Position numbers and translations under genes: made by a program. The notes beneath the pieces are model-generated. The model was not told the origin of the DNA. It did not search any database and saw only the letters and a program-made list of their open reading frames with translations. DNA of 63,986 nt, filler included, from an uncultured bacterium (GTDB taxonomy: Bacteria; Hinthialibacterota; Hinthialibacteria; Hinthialibacterales; Hinthialibacteraceae): the NCBI GenBank assembly GCA_964449065.1. It is 8 parts of 8 records of this genome, joined end to end, with 100 filler letters (N's around TTAATTAATTAA, not from the genome) between each part and the next. Parts side by side here need not be neighbours in the genome. Positions count along the whole stretch, not along the records: positions 40,343 to 48,234 come from CAYVAZ010000245.1; positions 48,335 to 56,223 come from CAYVAZ010000246.1; 6 more parts are not named here. The stretch is one strand, 5' to 3'. Below are positions 40,551 through 50,817 of the stretch, one piece after another (the stretch's first letter is position 1; every line of letters starts with the position of its first letter).

Positions 40551-41585
40551 ATGTACCGAATCATCCCATTATTTGTGCTGTGTCTTCTAATCGCATTTTC
40601 GTTTGCATTCGCGCAGGAGAGAACGATTCCTGTATTCGGCAATTGGCAAGGGGAGTTTACCTCACCGGATTGGGAGGATTACTCCATCCGTGGGGAGATT
40701 ATTGGAGAAAGCCGCAGCACCTACAAGGCGGTCTTGATCATCACCGGCAAAGGGGTGGATGAGAAGCGGGTGGAAGTTTCTGGTAAGACTGAAACAAAGA
40801 ATCTTCCCGGTCAAAAAGCGGTTTCTGCCACCGTGTTTGAAGGAAAGGTTGATCTTGGAAACGATATGATGGGCGAATACACCGTTACCGGCGTAGTGAA
40901 TCAAGGGGGATTTCAAGGGGCACTTTCCGGCTTAAAGGGACAAGGAAATTTCGAACTGAAGCGGGTGGAAATTGAACCGCCGACCCGCGGGAAAAAAGCG
41001 CCGGAAGGTGCCGTTCAACTGATGTGGCAAGGCATGTCGCAGAATGATTTTGAAGAACGCTGGAATGTCCGCCCGCATTGGGAAGTGACGGAGAATGGCG
41101 AAGCCCGCATTGTACGCACCAGTATCGTTTCAAAAGAAACCTTTACCGACGCGCGGTATCATGTCGAGTTTGCCACCCCCTACATGCCGAATGACCGTGG
41201 GCAGGCGCGCGGCAACAGCGGGGTGTATATTTTAGGAAAATATGAAGTACAGGTGCTCGATAGTTTCGGCTTGCCTCCGAAAGACAATGAATGCGGCGGA
41301 ATTTATAAGATTGCAACTCCATTGGTGAATGCGTGCTTGCCGCCCACTGAGTTTCAGACCTATGACATTACCTTTCATGCCGCGCGGTTTGATGACAACG
41401 GCAATAAAACCCGCGGCGCGACGATTACGGTGATCCATAACGGCATCAAGATTCATGACAACGTCGAGCTCCCAGCCCGCACCGGAGGCGGCATCGGCGG
41501 GAAAGAAAGCACAGAAGGCCCGCTGCTGCTGCAAGACCACAGCGACATCGTGCGTTACCGCAATATTTGGGTCAAGCCGTTATAA
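40551..41585 (+). CDS. Secreted DUF1080 (3-keto-disaccharide hydrolase-like) protein
   Basis: HVEF..P, RGNSGVY, YEVQVLDS, QTYDITF, LLLQDH..VRYRNIW. Confidence 0.9.
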   Translation: MYRIIPLFVLCLLIAFSFAFAQERTIPVFGNWQGEFTSPDWEDYSIRGEIIGESRSTYKAVLIITGKGVDEKRVEVSGKTETKNLPGQKAVSATVFEGKVDLGNDMMGEYTVTGVVNQGGFQGALSGLKGQGNFELKRVEIEPPTRGKKAPEGAVQLMWQGMSQNDFEERWNVRPHWEVTENGEARIVRTSIVSKETFTDARYHVEFATPYMPNDRGQARGNSGVYILGKYEVQVLDSFGLPPKDNECGGIYKIATPLVNACLPPTEFQTYDITFHAARFDDNGNKTRGATITVIHNGIKIHDNVELPARTGGGIGGKESTEGPLLLQDHSDIVRYRNIWVKPL

Positions 41586-41595
41586 CGACAAACGT

Positions 41596-41713
41596 ATGCC
41601 CAAACTTTATAGTTAGATTGGGCTCATTATTCTGTTTTATTCCAATGAGCATGAGCCAATTCATGTGCATGGAAAATACTAAAGACACAGTAAGGAAGAC
41701 TGAGTTTATAAAT
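41596..41713 (+). pseudogene. DUF4160-family toxin-like remnant
   Basis: MPKLYS*IGLIILFYSNEHEPIHVHGKY*; EHEPIHVH signature. Confidence 0.7.
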
Positions 41714-41846
41714 CGTTTTTGTTGCGGATAGACTGTTTTGGCAGACGAATATTAGTTGACCTGCAATCGCAATCCCTGTTCAGTACACTCCGAAATACAG
41801 TGTAATGAGATCAGCAGATTTTTAATAGAATAGCTATTGCTCTATC

Positions 41847-42914
41847 TCACCATAAAAATGTTTGGGATTGGTTTGCGCGCGGCACCCGGAAATACTCCGT
41901 CGTGATCGGCGGCCGTTTTTGGTTAATCCCCGTCTTGCGCACCATGCATTGAAACACCTGATTGATCTGCTCCGCAAAGATACCCTCTCCTTTAAAGCGC
42001 TTCCCAAACTCGGAAATATTCATCTTTCCCCCGCGGATATGCTTGATGCGGTTTATCACCTTATTCTTATGGTTTGGATAATGCTCCTCCAAAAACTGTG
42101 CGAATAAATCTTTGTTGGCATAGGGCAGCCGCAGTAGAATGTAGCTGGCGAAATCCACCCCCACATCCGCCGCCGCTTCAATCACGGCTGGAATTTCATG
42201 ATCATTGAGTCCCGGTATAACCGGCGCCACCATCACACCTACTGGAATCCCCGCTTGGCTGAGTTCCTTCATTGTTTTCAACCGCAACCGCGGACGCGCC
42301 GTGCGCGGCTCCATCACCTTCACCAAATCGTCATTCAAGCTGGAGAGCGAAACAAACACACTGATACACCGGAATTCCGCCATCTGCTGTAAGAGATCAA
42401 TATCCCGCGAAACCAACTGATTTTTTGTCACAATCAATCCGGGATTGCGGTAATCCAACAAGACCTCCAAACACTGCCGCGTTAGGTTTAATTTGCGCTC
42501 GATGGGCTGATAGCAATCCGTCACTCCGCTGATTCCCAACGCCTGAGGTTTCCATTTACGCGCCCCCAATTCTTTCCGCAGCAAGTCCGGCGCATTCTCT
42601 TTCACAAATATTTTTGTCTCAAAATCGAGTCCTGGCGAAAGCCCCAAGTACTCATGCGAAGGCCGCGCGTAACAATACACACAACCATGCTCACAGCCGC
42701 GGTAGGCATTGATACTCGCGTCAAACGAGATATCCGGGCTGTCGTTGTATGAGACAATCGTTTTTGAGCAATCCTTATAATAGACCGTCTTTGGAGACGG
42801 CTGTTCTTCATCCAACCAGTCACCGTCCGGCTCAAACTCAATCCGCTCAAACCGGTTGGCAATATTGCTGAATGTTCCTCTACCGCGAATCGCTGATTTC
42901 GTCCGCTCCATCAT
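41847..42914 (-). CDS. PA0069/Rv2578c-family radical SAM protein (SplB-related)
   Basis: GRG..SN..NRFE, NAYRGCEHGCVYCYARP.HEYL, TDCYQP, EPR. Confidence 0.92.
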   Translation of the reverse strand: MMERTKSAIRGRGTFSNIANRFERIEFEPDGDWLDEEQPSPKTVYYKDCSKTIVSYNDSPDISFDASINAYRGCEHGCVYCYARPSHEYLGLSPGLDFETKIFVKENAPDLLRKELGARKWKPQALGISGVTDCYQPIERKLNLTRQCLEVLLDYRNPGLIVTKNQLVSRDIDLLQQMAEFRCISVFVSLSSLNDDLVKVMEPRTARPRLRLKTMKELSQAGIPVGVMVAPVIPGLNDHEIPAVIEAAADVGVDFASYILLRLPYANKDLFAQFLEEHYPNHKNKVINRIKHIRGGKMNISEFGKRFKGEGIFAEQINQVFQCMVRKTGINQKRPPITTEYFRVPRANQSQTFLW

Positions 42915-42968
42915 GTTGATTCCTAACCCATGCTTTGGTAATGTAGTATTGGATTCTGAAATTATAAT

Positions 42969-42980
42969 GAACAAATGTTT
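42969..42980. promoter_or_regulatory. Possible LexA (GAAC-N4-GTTY) box
   Basis: GAACAAATGTTT upstream of the radical SAM gene. Confidence 0.4.
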
Positions 42981-42997
42981 AGTTTCAAGAGGAACGT

Positions 42998-43231
42998 ATG
43001 AATCAAAAAGATGCCCCCTTTCACAAATGGTGGATTTGGATCACTTACGCCGTCTTATTGCTCCTCGGCGTTCCCTGGTATTGGAATCCGGGGGACACTT
43101 CTCTACTATTCGGAATGCCGGGTTGGGTACTGGTAGCCATCCTCGTTTCAATATGTGTTTCCGCTCTCACATCATATTTATGGTTCACACAATGGCGTGA
43201 AGAAGAAAGTGAGGGGCAGTCTGATGAATAA
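42998..43231 (+). CDS. DUF3311-like small membrane subunit of the SSS transporter
   Basis: Two TM helices, PWYW..LFGMPGW; overlaps the SSS start. Confidence 0.8.
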   Translation: MNQKDAPFHKWWIWITYAVLLLLGVPWYWNPGDTSLLFGMPGWVLVAILVSICVSALTSYLWFTQWREEESEGQSDE

Positions 43232-44720
43232 CTCTCTCAATCTTGGCGCCATCATATTTGTCATGCTTTATCTTGCGTCGATGATCATCATCGGCTGGAT
43301 CGGCTACCGCTATCGCAAAGAAAACACCATGAGCGATTTTTATTTGGCAGGCAACGGATTGGGGATATTTGTGCTGGTTTTGACTCTGTTTGCCACGCAA
43401 TACAGCGCCAACACGCTGATGGGCTATACCGGAAAAACCTACCGTATCGGGTTCTCGTGGATTATGTGCACCCACTTCATGACCGCGATCATCGTGATGT
43501 ATTTGCTGTACGCCCCCAAACTCTATTCCCTTAGCCGCGAACAAAAATTTTTGACCCCGGTCGACTTTTTGGATTACCGTTTCGGTATCAAACCGCTGAA
43601 CGTGTTCGCCTCACTGCTTATGATTGTCTCCATCGCCAATTATTTGCTTGGACAGTTGATGGCAATGGGGCGTGCTGCTGAAGGTCTTACCGGAACCTCA
43701 ACCGTAGAAGTCTATTTAGGCGGCATCATCTTTTTAGCTGTCATTATGGTGATCTACGAATCCCTCGGCGGCATGCGTGCCGTTGCCTGGACCGACTCGA
43801 TTCAAGGGTCGATCTTGCTCGTCGGCTTTCTCATGCTCATGGCATTGGTCGTGCAAGAATACGGCAGCCTCAAAACCGCTGTCAAAACCGTGATGGAATC
43901 TTCCAATGAAACCATGCGCCAAAAGGTGATGCCCCCGGATGCCGACCGCATCCGGGAATGGTTCAGTTACATCTTTTTGGTAGGGCTAGGAGGAGCTTTA
44001 TATCCTCAAGCCATTCAGCGGATTTACTCGGCAAAATCGGCCTTAACTTTAAAACGCAGTTTGGGGGTAATGGCATTCATGCCCTTGTTCTCAACGTTAA
44101 TCGCCGTGATCGTGGGGATGTATGGACTGGCTTATATAACCGGCTTGGAAGGAGCCGAATCGGATCAACTCTTAATGCTGGTATTGTTGGATATTCAGGA
44201 AGGATCCATCCTGGGCTATTGTTTGATGATCATTCTCATCTCCGCACTACTTGCCGCGATCATGTCCACCGCGGATTCCGTCTTGCTCTCCATCTCATCT
44301 ATGTTCACCAAAGATATCTATCTTGCTTACTTTAACCGCAAAGCCGCTGAAGATCACTTGACCAAAATCGGCAAAATCTTTTCCTGGCTGGTCATCATTG
44401 CTTTAATCTTTTTCGCGGTCACCCTGCGTGAAAGCACCAGTTTGATTTTTCTGTTAGACCGCAAATTTGACTTGCTAGTCCAATTGGCCCCCGCCTTTTT
44501 CATCGGCATTCATTGGAAACGCATGGACGGATCCGCTGTCATGACAGGGATGCTAGCCGGGGTGCTCGTCTCCGTATTTCTGGCAGCCATCGGGTATGGC
44601 AAATTATACGGCGTTCACGCTGGTTTATACGGCTTGGCAATCAATCTATTATGTTCAGTAGGATTATCATTGATCCTAAAAACACACAACCAAAAACCGG
44701 ATAATCAGAGGCTCACATGA
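43224..44720 (+). CDS. Sodium:solute symporter family protein
   Basis: DFYLAG, ATQYSANT, GGMRAVAWTD, AAIMSTADS. Confidence 0.93.
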   Translation: MNNSLNLGAIIFVMLYLASMIIIGWIGYRYRKENTMSDFYLAGNGLGIFVLVLTLFATQYSANTLMGYTGKTYRIGFSWIMCTHFMTAIIVMYLLYAPKLYSLSREQKFLTPVDFLDYRFGIKPLNVFASLLMIVSIANYLLGQLMAMGRAAEGLTGTSTVEVYLGGIIFLAVIMVIYESLGGMRAVAWTDSIQGSILLVGFLMLMALVVQEYGSLKTAVKTVMESSNETMRQKVMPPDADRIREWFSYIFLVGLGGALYPQAIQRIYSAKSALTLKRSLGVMAFMPLFSTLIAVIVGMYGLAYITGLEGAESDQLLMLVLLDIQEGSILGYCLMIILISALLAAIMSTADSVLLSISSMFTKDIYLAYFNRKAAEDHLTKIGKIFSWLVIIALIFFAVTLRESTSLIFLLDRKFDLLVQLAPAFFIGIHWKRMDGSAVMTGMLAGVLVSVFLAAIGYGKLYGVHAGLYGLAINLLCSVGLSLILKTHNQKPDNQRLT

Positions 44721-45106
44721 AACACGACCCCAACTTTGAAACCATCGTAGACGACGCCCGCACCCGCATTCAAGAAACCACGGTGGAAGAAATCAAAAGG
44801 CGCCAAGATAACGGCGACAACTTTCTGCTGATCGATGTGCGCGAAAAAGAAGAATGGGACAACGGCCATATCCCCAACGCGGTGCATATCGGCAAAGGGA
44901 TAATCGAACGCGATATCCACAACGTCGCCAAAAGCATGGATCAAGAAATGGTTCTCTATTGCGGGGGCGGCTACCGTTCCGCCTTGGCAGCGGATAATCT
45001 CCAAAAAATGGGCTACACCAACGTCCTCTCCATGGACGGCGGCATGCGCGGCTGGAAAGAGGCCTACTATCCGGTAGAAGTGGATGAACCAAGTGAAGCT
45101 AAATAA
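44717..45106 (+). CDS. Rhodanese-like sulfurtransferase
   Basis: IDVRE..EW..GHIP, YCGGGYRS, SMDGG..GW. Confidence 0.92.
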   Translation: MKHDPNFETIVDDARTRIQETTVEEIKRRQDNGDNFLLIDVREKEEWDNGHIPNAVHIGKGIIERDIHNVAKSMDQEMVLYCGGGYRSALAADNLQKMGYTNVLSMDGGMRGWKEAYYPVEVDEPSEAK

Positions 45107-45198
45107 TGGTGATAATACCAATTCTAGTTTGGATTGCAGTGTAAGCACGGCGTAAGCCCAGCGAATGAAAAACGGTAAGTTTTCAACGCGCGGCCATT

Positions 45199-45759
45199 TC
45201 AAATTGTATCGGTATTAATGTACTTCGGGCAGTTGGCATACACGTCTTCCACATTCACTTTTACCATGCGCAAAGCCTTCTCTCCAAACCATCGCTGCGC
45301 TTCCACGATATCTTCTAGAATCTCAGCCGTGCCGTTCACCCGTACGCGCTGCCGCGTTTCAAAGTTAATGAAGATCATTCCAATATGCGGATTCATATAC
45401 AGATTTCCCAACGATTGATACAAGCCGTTTCCTTGGAAATCCGGGAAGAGCAGCGTCCGTTCATCCCGCACAATCACGGTGGGAAATCCCTTCGATAGCA
45501 TCTCTTCATGGCTGCCGCGGTATGAGCAGTCGCACCGCCCGTGATGATCGGAAGTTGCGACAAAAAAGAACGTTTGGCCTTCAATAAACTTTTTGTAATC
45601 GGGCTGAATGATGGGGTGGATATAGTTTGGAGCCAAGCGTTCGGCCTGATGCCGCGTACCGAAACGCGTTTGCGCGATGAATTCGCCCTCGTGGATTAAG
45701 GAGGTTCTTTTCCGAAAACGATTCGAAAAGCGCTTATAAATTTGTGTAAAAAAACTCAT
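45199..45759 (-). CDS. Pyridoxamine 5'-phosphate oxidase-like FMN-binding protein
   Basis: FFFVATSD..G.CDCSYRG, FPDFQGN...SLGN, RVRVNG, YANCPKYI. Confidence 0.85.
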   Translation of the reverse strand: MSFFTQIYKRFSNRFRKRTSLIHEGEFIAQTRFGTRHQAERLAPNYIHPIIQPDYKKFIEGQTFFFVATSDHHGRCDCSYRGSHEEMLSKGFPTVIVRDERTLLFPDFQGNGLYQSLGNLYMNPHIGMIFINFETRQRVRVNGTAEILEDIVEAQRWFGEKALRMVKVNVEDVYANCPKYINTDTI

Positions 45760-45762
45760 CGG

Positions 45763-46452
45763 CTAAAGCAAATGAAACGGATTAAACCCTAAAAAGAGCC
45801 ATGTGAGTGGATAAGCCGTCAGTTCTAAAAAGGTGCCGATGATCCGAATCGGCGTCATAAATTCCAGCATCAAAAGCCCCATTAGAATCATAGTAGAATG
45901 TTGGCGGATTTCTTCAAATTGCTGTGCCTGCCGGTAAGGAAGCAGTCCGGCCAAAATTTTATCGCCATCCAATGGAAATAAGGGAATCAGATTAAAGAAG
46001 GCGAGGATGAAATTGATCTGCACGCCTACATATAATACGAGATAGCAAGCGGTCAATATGTTTTCGCCATACGGAAAACCGTAGATGGTGGATTCCACAG
46101 CCGGGATGGAAATGATCCGAAAAAGAATGGCTAAGATAGCGGCTTGTACGATGTTGCTGGCAGGCCCTGCCGCAGCGATCAGCATCATATCGCGGGTTGG
46201 GCGTTTTAAAAAGCGCACATCCACAGGGACCGGTTTGCCCCAGCCGAACCCCACAAAGATAATCATCATCAAGCCGAATGGATCAAAATGAACCGCCGGA
46301 TTGAGATTTAACCGCCCCATCAACGCTGCGGTGTCATCCCCGCATTTTTGCGAAGCCCAAGCATGGGCCATTTCATGTACGGATATAGCCAGAATCACCA
46401 TACAAAATAACGCAATACCATATTGCGGATCCACCGAAAACGCCCGTATCAT
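45763..46452 (-). CDS. Site-2 protease (M50)
   Basis: HEMAH, GWGKPVPV, AAAGP, FNLIPLFPLDG. Confidence 0.93.
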   Translation of the reverse strand: MIRAFSVDPQYGIALFCMVILAISVHEMAHAWASQKCGDDTAALMGRLNLNPAVHFDPFGLMMIIFVGFGWGKPVPVDVRFLKRPTRDMMLIAAAGPASNIVQAAILAILFRIISIPAVESTIYGFPYGENILTACYLVLYVGVQINFILAFFNLIPLFPLDGDKILAGLLPYRQAQQFEEIRQHSTMILMGLLMLEFMTPIRIIGTFLELTAYPLTWLFLGFNPFHLL

Positions 46453-46607
46453 GTGTTGAGATTCCTTTCTGTAATAACCAAAGACCCATTATACTCTATC
46501 TGCGTTGAATCCCTATGTGCCTTGCAGGGTTCCAAGTATCATATTCCTCTACTGATGCAAAGACCCTAACCATTTTTTTCGTTCAATAAAAAGGATTATT
46601 TACAATT

Positions 46608-47606
46608 ATGACCCGCGTCGCTATCGGTATAGATTTAGGTGGAACAGACATCAAGGCAGGAGTAATTGCAGAAGACGGCCGTATCATTGAACGCTTTAAA
46701 AAACCGACAGAAGCTCATCTAGGCGGCCGCAAAGTTGTAGACCGCATCGGCGATTTAATCCAGGAAATCTTGGATTCGGATGTGATGCAAGGACGCCGCG
46801 AAGATCTGGCGGGTATCGGTATCGGCAGCCCCGGACTTATTGATCACGATAAAGGAGCCATCACGCGCCCGGTCAATATCCCTGATTGGGATTATTGGAT
46901 TAACGTGCGTGAGATCTATTTGGAACGCTTTGGCATCATGACCTGGGCCGATAACGACGCCAATTCCAGCTCGTTAGGCGAAGCGCTGTTCGGCAACGGC
47001 AAGGGCCACAAAGTCGTCATCGTGTTAACCCTCGGCACCGGAGTCGGCGGCGGCATCGTTATTGACGGCGATGTATTCCACGGCGCTTGCGGTTACGCGG
47101 GAGAATTGGGTCATATCATGGTTGACCCCAGCGGCCCGGTGTGTGGTTGCGGGAATGAAGGCGATTTGGAATCGTATGCCTCTGCCACCGGGATAGCGAA
47201 TTATGCCCGCGAGCGTGCCAAGGTTGAGCATGTCCCCAGCCTTTTGAAGGATATGTGCGGCGGGGACCGTTCAAAAATCACCGCCAAAATGGTACACGAA
47301 GCGGCACTAAAAGGAGATAAAGTTGCTTTGAAAACCGTGGAGCGGGCGGGCAGGGCGTTGGGCATCGGTATCTCAACCTTGGTGGTTTCCTTTAATCCGG
47401 GAATTATCTGCATCGGCGGTGGAGGCTCTAACATGGGCGATATGCTATTCGACCACGCCCGCAAAGAATTGGAATGGCGTGTGTTCTTTCACTCACACTT
47501 TCAAACCCCTATTGTTCGTGCCAAATTGGGTGAAGAAGCGGGAATAGTCGGCACAGCCGCTTTGGCACTGGTTCGTTCCCAAAAAGAACAGTCCGGATTA
47601 ACTTAA
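46608..47606 (+). CDS. ROK-family sugar kinase (glucokinase-like)
   Basis: GIDLGGT, NDAN, TLGTGVGGG, GELGH, CGCGN.G.LE. Confidence 0.93.
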   Translation: MTRVAIGIDLGGTDIKAGVIAEDGRIIERFKKPTEAHLGGRKVVDRIGDLIQEILDSDVMQGRREDLAGIGIGSPGLIDHDKGAITRPVNIPDWDYWINVREIYLERFGIMTWADNDANSSSLGEALFGNGKGHKVVIVLTLGTGVGGGIVIDGDVFHGACGYAGELGHIMVDPSGPVCGCGNEGDLESYASATGIANYARERAKVEHVPSLLKDMCGGDRSKITAKMVHEAALKGDKVALKTVERAGRALGIGISTLVVSFNPGIICIGGGGSNMGDMLFDHARKELEWRVFFHSHFQTPIVRAKLGEEAGIVGTAALALVRSQKEQSGLT

Positions 47607-47880
47607 TGAGCATGTAAAACGGTCGGCTTGTGAGGGGGGGGTGGGGTCAGAACGGCGCGAACCACTCTACGATTGCTATTCCATCACTCTGAATTGTTCA
47701 TATTCATAATGGGAAAATCCTTATCTTGTTATCGCAATGTTGGCGTATCCACCGCGTTCATTCGCGGCTTATTCCTCAATATTCCTCACTCAAGACTCCT
47801 TATTGTCTTTCAATTTTTCCAACACCCCGCACTCCACCTCCAAAGACGTGCCATGCCAAAACCCTTTCGGGAAACTCACG

Positions 47881-48087
47881 CTATCCGAAACATCCTCCCG
47901 CTTTCGGCGGAAAGTACGGCTTCCCTTCATTCAATGGAGTCCACTTCAGCCCGTCATGACTGGATGCCAAATAGAGACCATGCTGCCCGTTATCCCGAAA
48001 GTAGGTGAAGATGTAGCAATTCTCCGCATGAACGGAAATCGTTTGCAGAAAAAGAAAAGTTGAAAGAACCAAACCAAAATGTTTCAT
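47881..48087 (-). pseudogene. Truncated secreted glycoside hydrolase (GH43-like propeller N-terminus)
   Basis: Signal peptide plus YIFTYFRDNGQHGLYLASSHDGLKWTPLNEGKP, then a stop after 68 aa. Confidence 0.65.
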
Positions 48088-48179
48088 GAGAAATCCTTTT
48101 TGTTGTTGGGATAAATAAGAAGGTACCACGAATCTTCTCCAAATTTAAGATACAATTGCAAAGGGCGCAATCAAAAAGC

Positions 48180-48234
48180 GTAACAGGTCAGCGATATGAA
48201 GTGCATATTCAAAAAATCGAATCGATTTTCTCAT
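48180..48234 (+). mobile_element. MITE family C left end, cut by contig end
   Basis: Near-identical to 1013-1067. Confidence 0.85.
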
Positions 48235-48772
48235 NNNNNNNNNNNNNNNNNNNNNNNNNNNNNNNNNNNNNNNNNNNNTTAATTAATTAANNNNNNNNNN
48301 NNNNNNNNNNNNNNNNNNNNNNNNNNNNNNNNNNAGTAAAGATGAACCCTTTATCACCGAACAGACTGTAATGGATTTTCAGGTTTCCAATCCTGGACGA
48401 AACTTCTTGGGAGATGTCCCCAGGGCAATCGCACGAAATTGGAAAGCGGTGAACCGTTTCAAGTAAAATATCACCTGCATGAACAAACCGGTAAAGTGTT
48501 ATATAGTGTCTGTCCGGAAAAGGGATATTTACGGAAAAGATAGGGAGTTGTTCGGACGTTTTTCAGTGGAAACAGAGAAGGGAACGAAGTGGCTGTTTGG
48601 GGTTGGTTTGGAATGGAAGAAAAGGGGAAATGGCCGGATTGGGAACAAAGGTTTCCTGTTGGTTGCTTGAGAAAGAGCAAACCGGTCAAGAAAGCAACGG
48701 ATCAGATGGTTATAACGGAAGTTAGGTAATAGGCATCAGTGAGGGGTAGAATTGACGGGTGTGCTGGCGTTT

Positions 48773-49118
48773 TTACTCGCTGCTGGAGAGAATATCCAGG
48801 CTGGGGATTTTGGCGAGTGTAATCAAACCGAGTGCACACCATATTTCCGCCAAACTTTTCGCTTCACACTCCTGCGTATCCGGGTCCCGTCGCAGCTCAT
48901 GCTCCACCGCTGCCGCAGTTCCTAAATGACTCGATACGCCAAAAAACAAGCAGAGATATGGCCTTGGACTTGGGGTTGATGGAAATTGCCCGCTTAACTT
49001 CTGTTCTACTTCGCGCACCAATTGCAGCCACTCTTCGCGGGGGTCGGGGAGACAAATCCCCCAACGAGGCCACCACCCACTGACGGGGACCTTTGGGGGT
49101 GGAGTAGGCTTTTACCAG
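48773..49118 (-). mobile_element. Internally deleted IS1634-like transposase remnant
   Basis: LVKAYSTPKGPRQWVVASLGDLSPRPREEWLQLVREVEQKLSGQ resembles IS1634 N-termini and is joined to a C-terminal-like AEIWCALG. Confidence 0.6.
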
Positions 49119-49205
49119 TCAGAGCATTTCTGGGTTGGATAGATAGAAAGAAGGATTAAGGTATTTTTCCATCATTAAGAAACCGGTTCGTTGAAAGATT
49201 CAAGA

Positions 49206-50783
49206 CTATTTATTCGAAAATAAATCGAGGTCAAAGTTGAAATCTTCGTTGATAATATAAGCTTCAAAGCGGTCAAGAAAAACCGTCACTTGCCCGCTAT
49301 TACTATTCGAGGATGAAACTTGGAAAGCCGGAGTGATCCATTCTCCTTCATCCGGTTGATAGATCAAAACCAATGCTCCTTCTTCATCTACATATGCCGA
49401 AGAACCAGCCGGATTGATAAACCCAATCGAACCATCCAACAACTCACCGGTTACCAGGTTTCCGCGCAACGCCGCCAACGCTACATTGGCGGTGGAGTTC
49501 GTTGAACGTATTGACACTCTCATTAAGACTGGTGCTTTTGATTCAATAAGTGTTTGCGAATAAATAAACGTGACTTCTCCAGGATCAACGGTTATTGATA
49601 CTCCCATTCCATCTTCCGATGATTCAAACTGCTCTGTTAGTTCAACCATGTAATCAATTTTTCCAGGAATGCTACCGGTAAATCCACCGGAGATTTCTAA
49701 CCAGCCATTTTCGGCAAGTGATGCTTGATCGAATTCAACAAATAACACGGGTTCGTTTTCCACTTCACCACCGTCTCCTAAATCTTCACCGCCATCCGGC
49801 AATTCCGTTGGTGTTGGAACAACAGTCACAGGAGTATTTGTGGGTATGACAGGAAAAGAGGTAACGGTTGGAGTAGGATGCGGCAAAGGCGTGTTGGTTG
49901 GCGAAAGTTCTTGCCCAGGATACACATCCGCTTTGCTGTAATCCACCTCCCAGCCAATATCATCCAACATCCCAACCGTAACGGTGGTTAACACTTGCCC
50001 ATTGGCCATTAATGCCGGTGTCATGTCTGGGATTCCTGTTCCGTCATCAAGAATACGGGGTGGGTCGTCAGCGGTAATGGCAAAGAGGTGGTCTTTGGTT
50101 TCAATAATCAATGGAACAAAGTCAAAACTGGTTCCAAAGATTCTGTTGTATTCACGCACACCATTTGGCTGCTGATAGATTGGACCTTTATACGTATCAC
50201 GATCAATTGCCCATTCACGAATGTTGAATGTCTCACTGTCTTCATTTATAGCATTATTCTCTCCACCAAGATTCCATAAAGTACCGATGCCAAACACATG
50301 CCCCAACTCATGCAGAATATTGGCATTGAATTCCGCATCTCTTTCTTCTGGACTATCGAACTCAGAAGCAAAGTCTTCGCTGTAGGTGAAGTTACTGATC
50401 AAAACTTCTCCACCAATAGGAATATAATGACCGTTTACATTTTCTATCTCATCAAAGAATGGACCGGCAGCTCCCAAACCATCATCAAATGTTTCCACAA
50501 AGAATATGATTTCCATTACATGTTCGGCTTTACCCTTTACTCCATTGATGACTTCTAACCATCGGTTGACTGCATCAACATATGGCTGCCGAAGTTCTTG
50601 TGTCCATGACAGTGTTGAACCATCCTGCATCATAAGAGGATCTTCGAAAATAGCGATGATGGTCAAATTTCCATTGGTGATTTCTATTTCGTTTGAGTCT
50701 TCTACTTGCGCCATACTATTCATTGCAATTAGTGAAACAAATGAAATCAAAGTAAGATTTTTTTTTAAACCAATTTGATTCAT
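49206..50783 (-). CDS. Secreted leishmanolysin (M8)-like zinc peptidase with PT linker and C-terminal beta domain
   Basis: Signal peptide; LGAAGP, ILHELGHVFGIG, distal H, ALM Met-turn, DIGWEV. Confidence 0.8.
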   Translation of the reverse strand: MNQIGLKKNLTLISFVSLIAMNSMAQVEDSNEIEITNGNLTIIAIFEDPLMMQDGSTLSWTQELRQPYVDAVNRWLEVINGVKGKAEHVMEIIFFVETFDDGLGAAGPFFDEIENVNGHYIPIGGEVLISNFTYSEDFASEFDSPEERDAEFNANILHELGHVFGIGTLWNLGGENNAINEDSETFNIREWAIDRDTYKGPIYQQPNGVREYNRIFGTSFDFVPLIIETKDHLFAITADDPPRILDDGTGIPDMTPALMANGQVLTTVTVGMLDDIGWEVDYSKADVYPGQELSPTNTPLPHPTPTVTSFPVIPTNTPVTVVPTPTELPDGGEDLGDGGEVENEPVLFVEFDQASLAENGWLEISGGFTGSIPGKIDYMVELTEQFESSEDGMGVSITVDPGEVTFIYSQTLIESKAPVLMRVSIRSTNSTANVALAALRGNLVTGELLDGSIGFINPAGSSAYVDEEGALVLIYQPDEGEWITPAFQVSSSNSNSGQVTVFLDRFEAYIINEDFNFDLDLFSNK

Positions 50784-50817
50784 AGCGATCCTCTTTTTGT
50801 TTGTAGAGCAACAATAG

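Noticed and set aside
48335..48730. 43-codon gene end plus a possible IS4-like remnant (GRFSVETEKGTKWLFGVGLE) and IS-like end CGGAAGTTAGG
   Set aside because: Too degenerate to assign by eye
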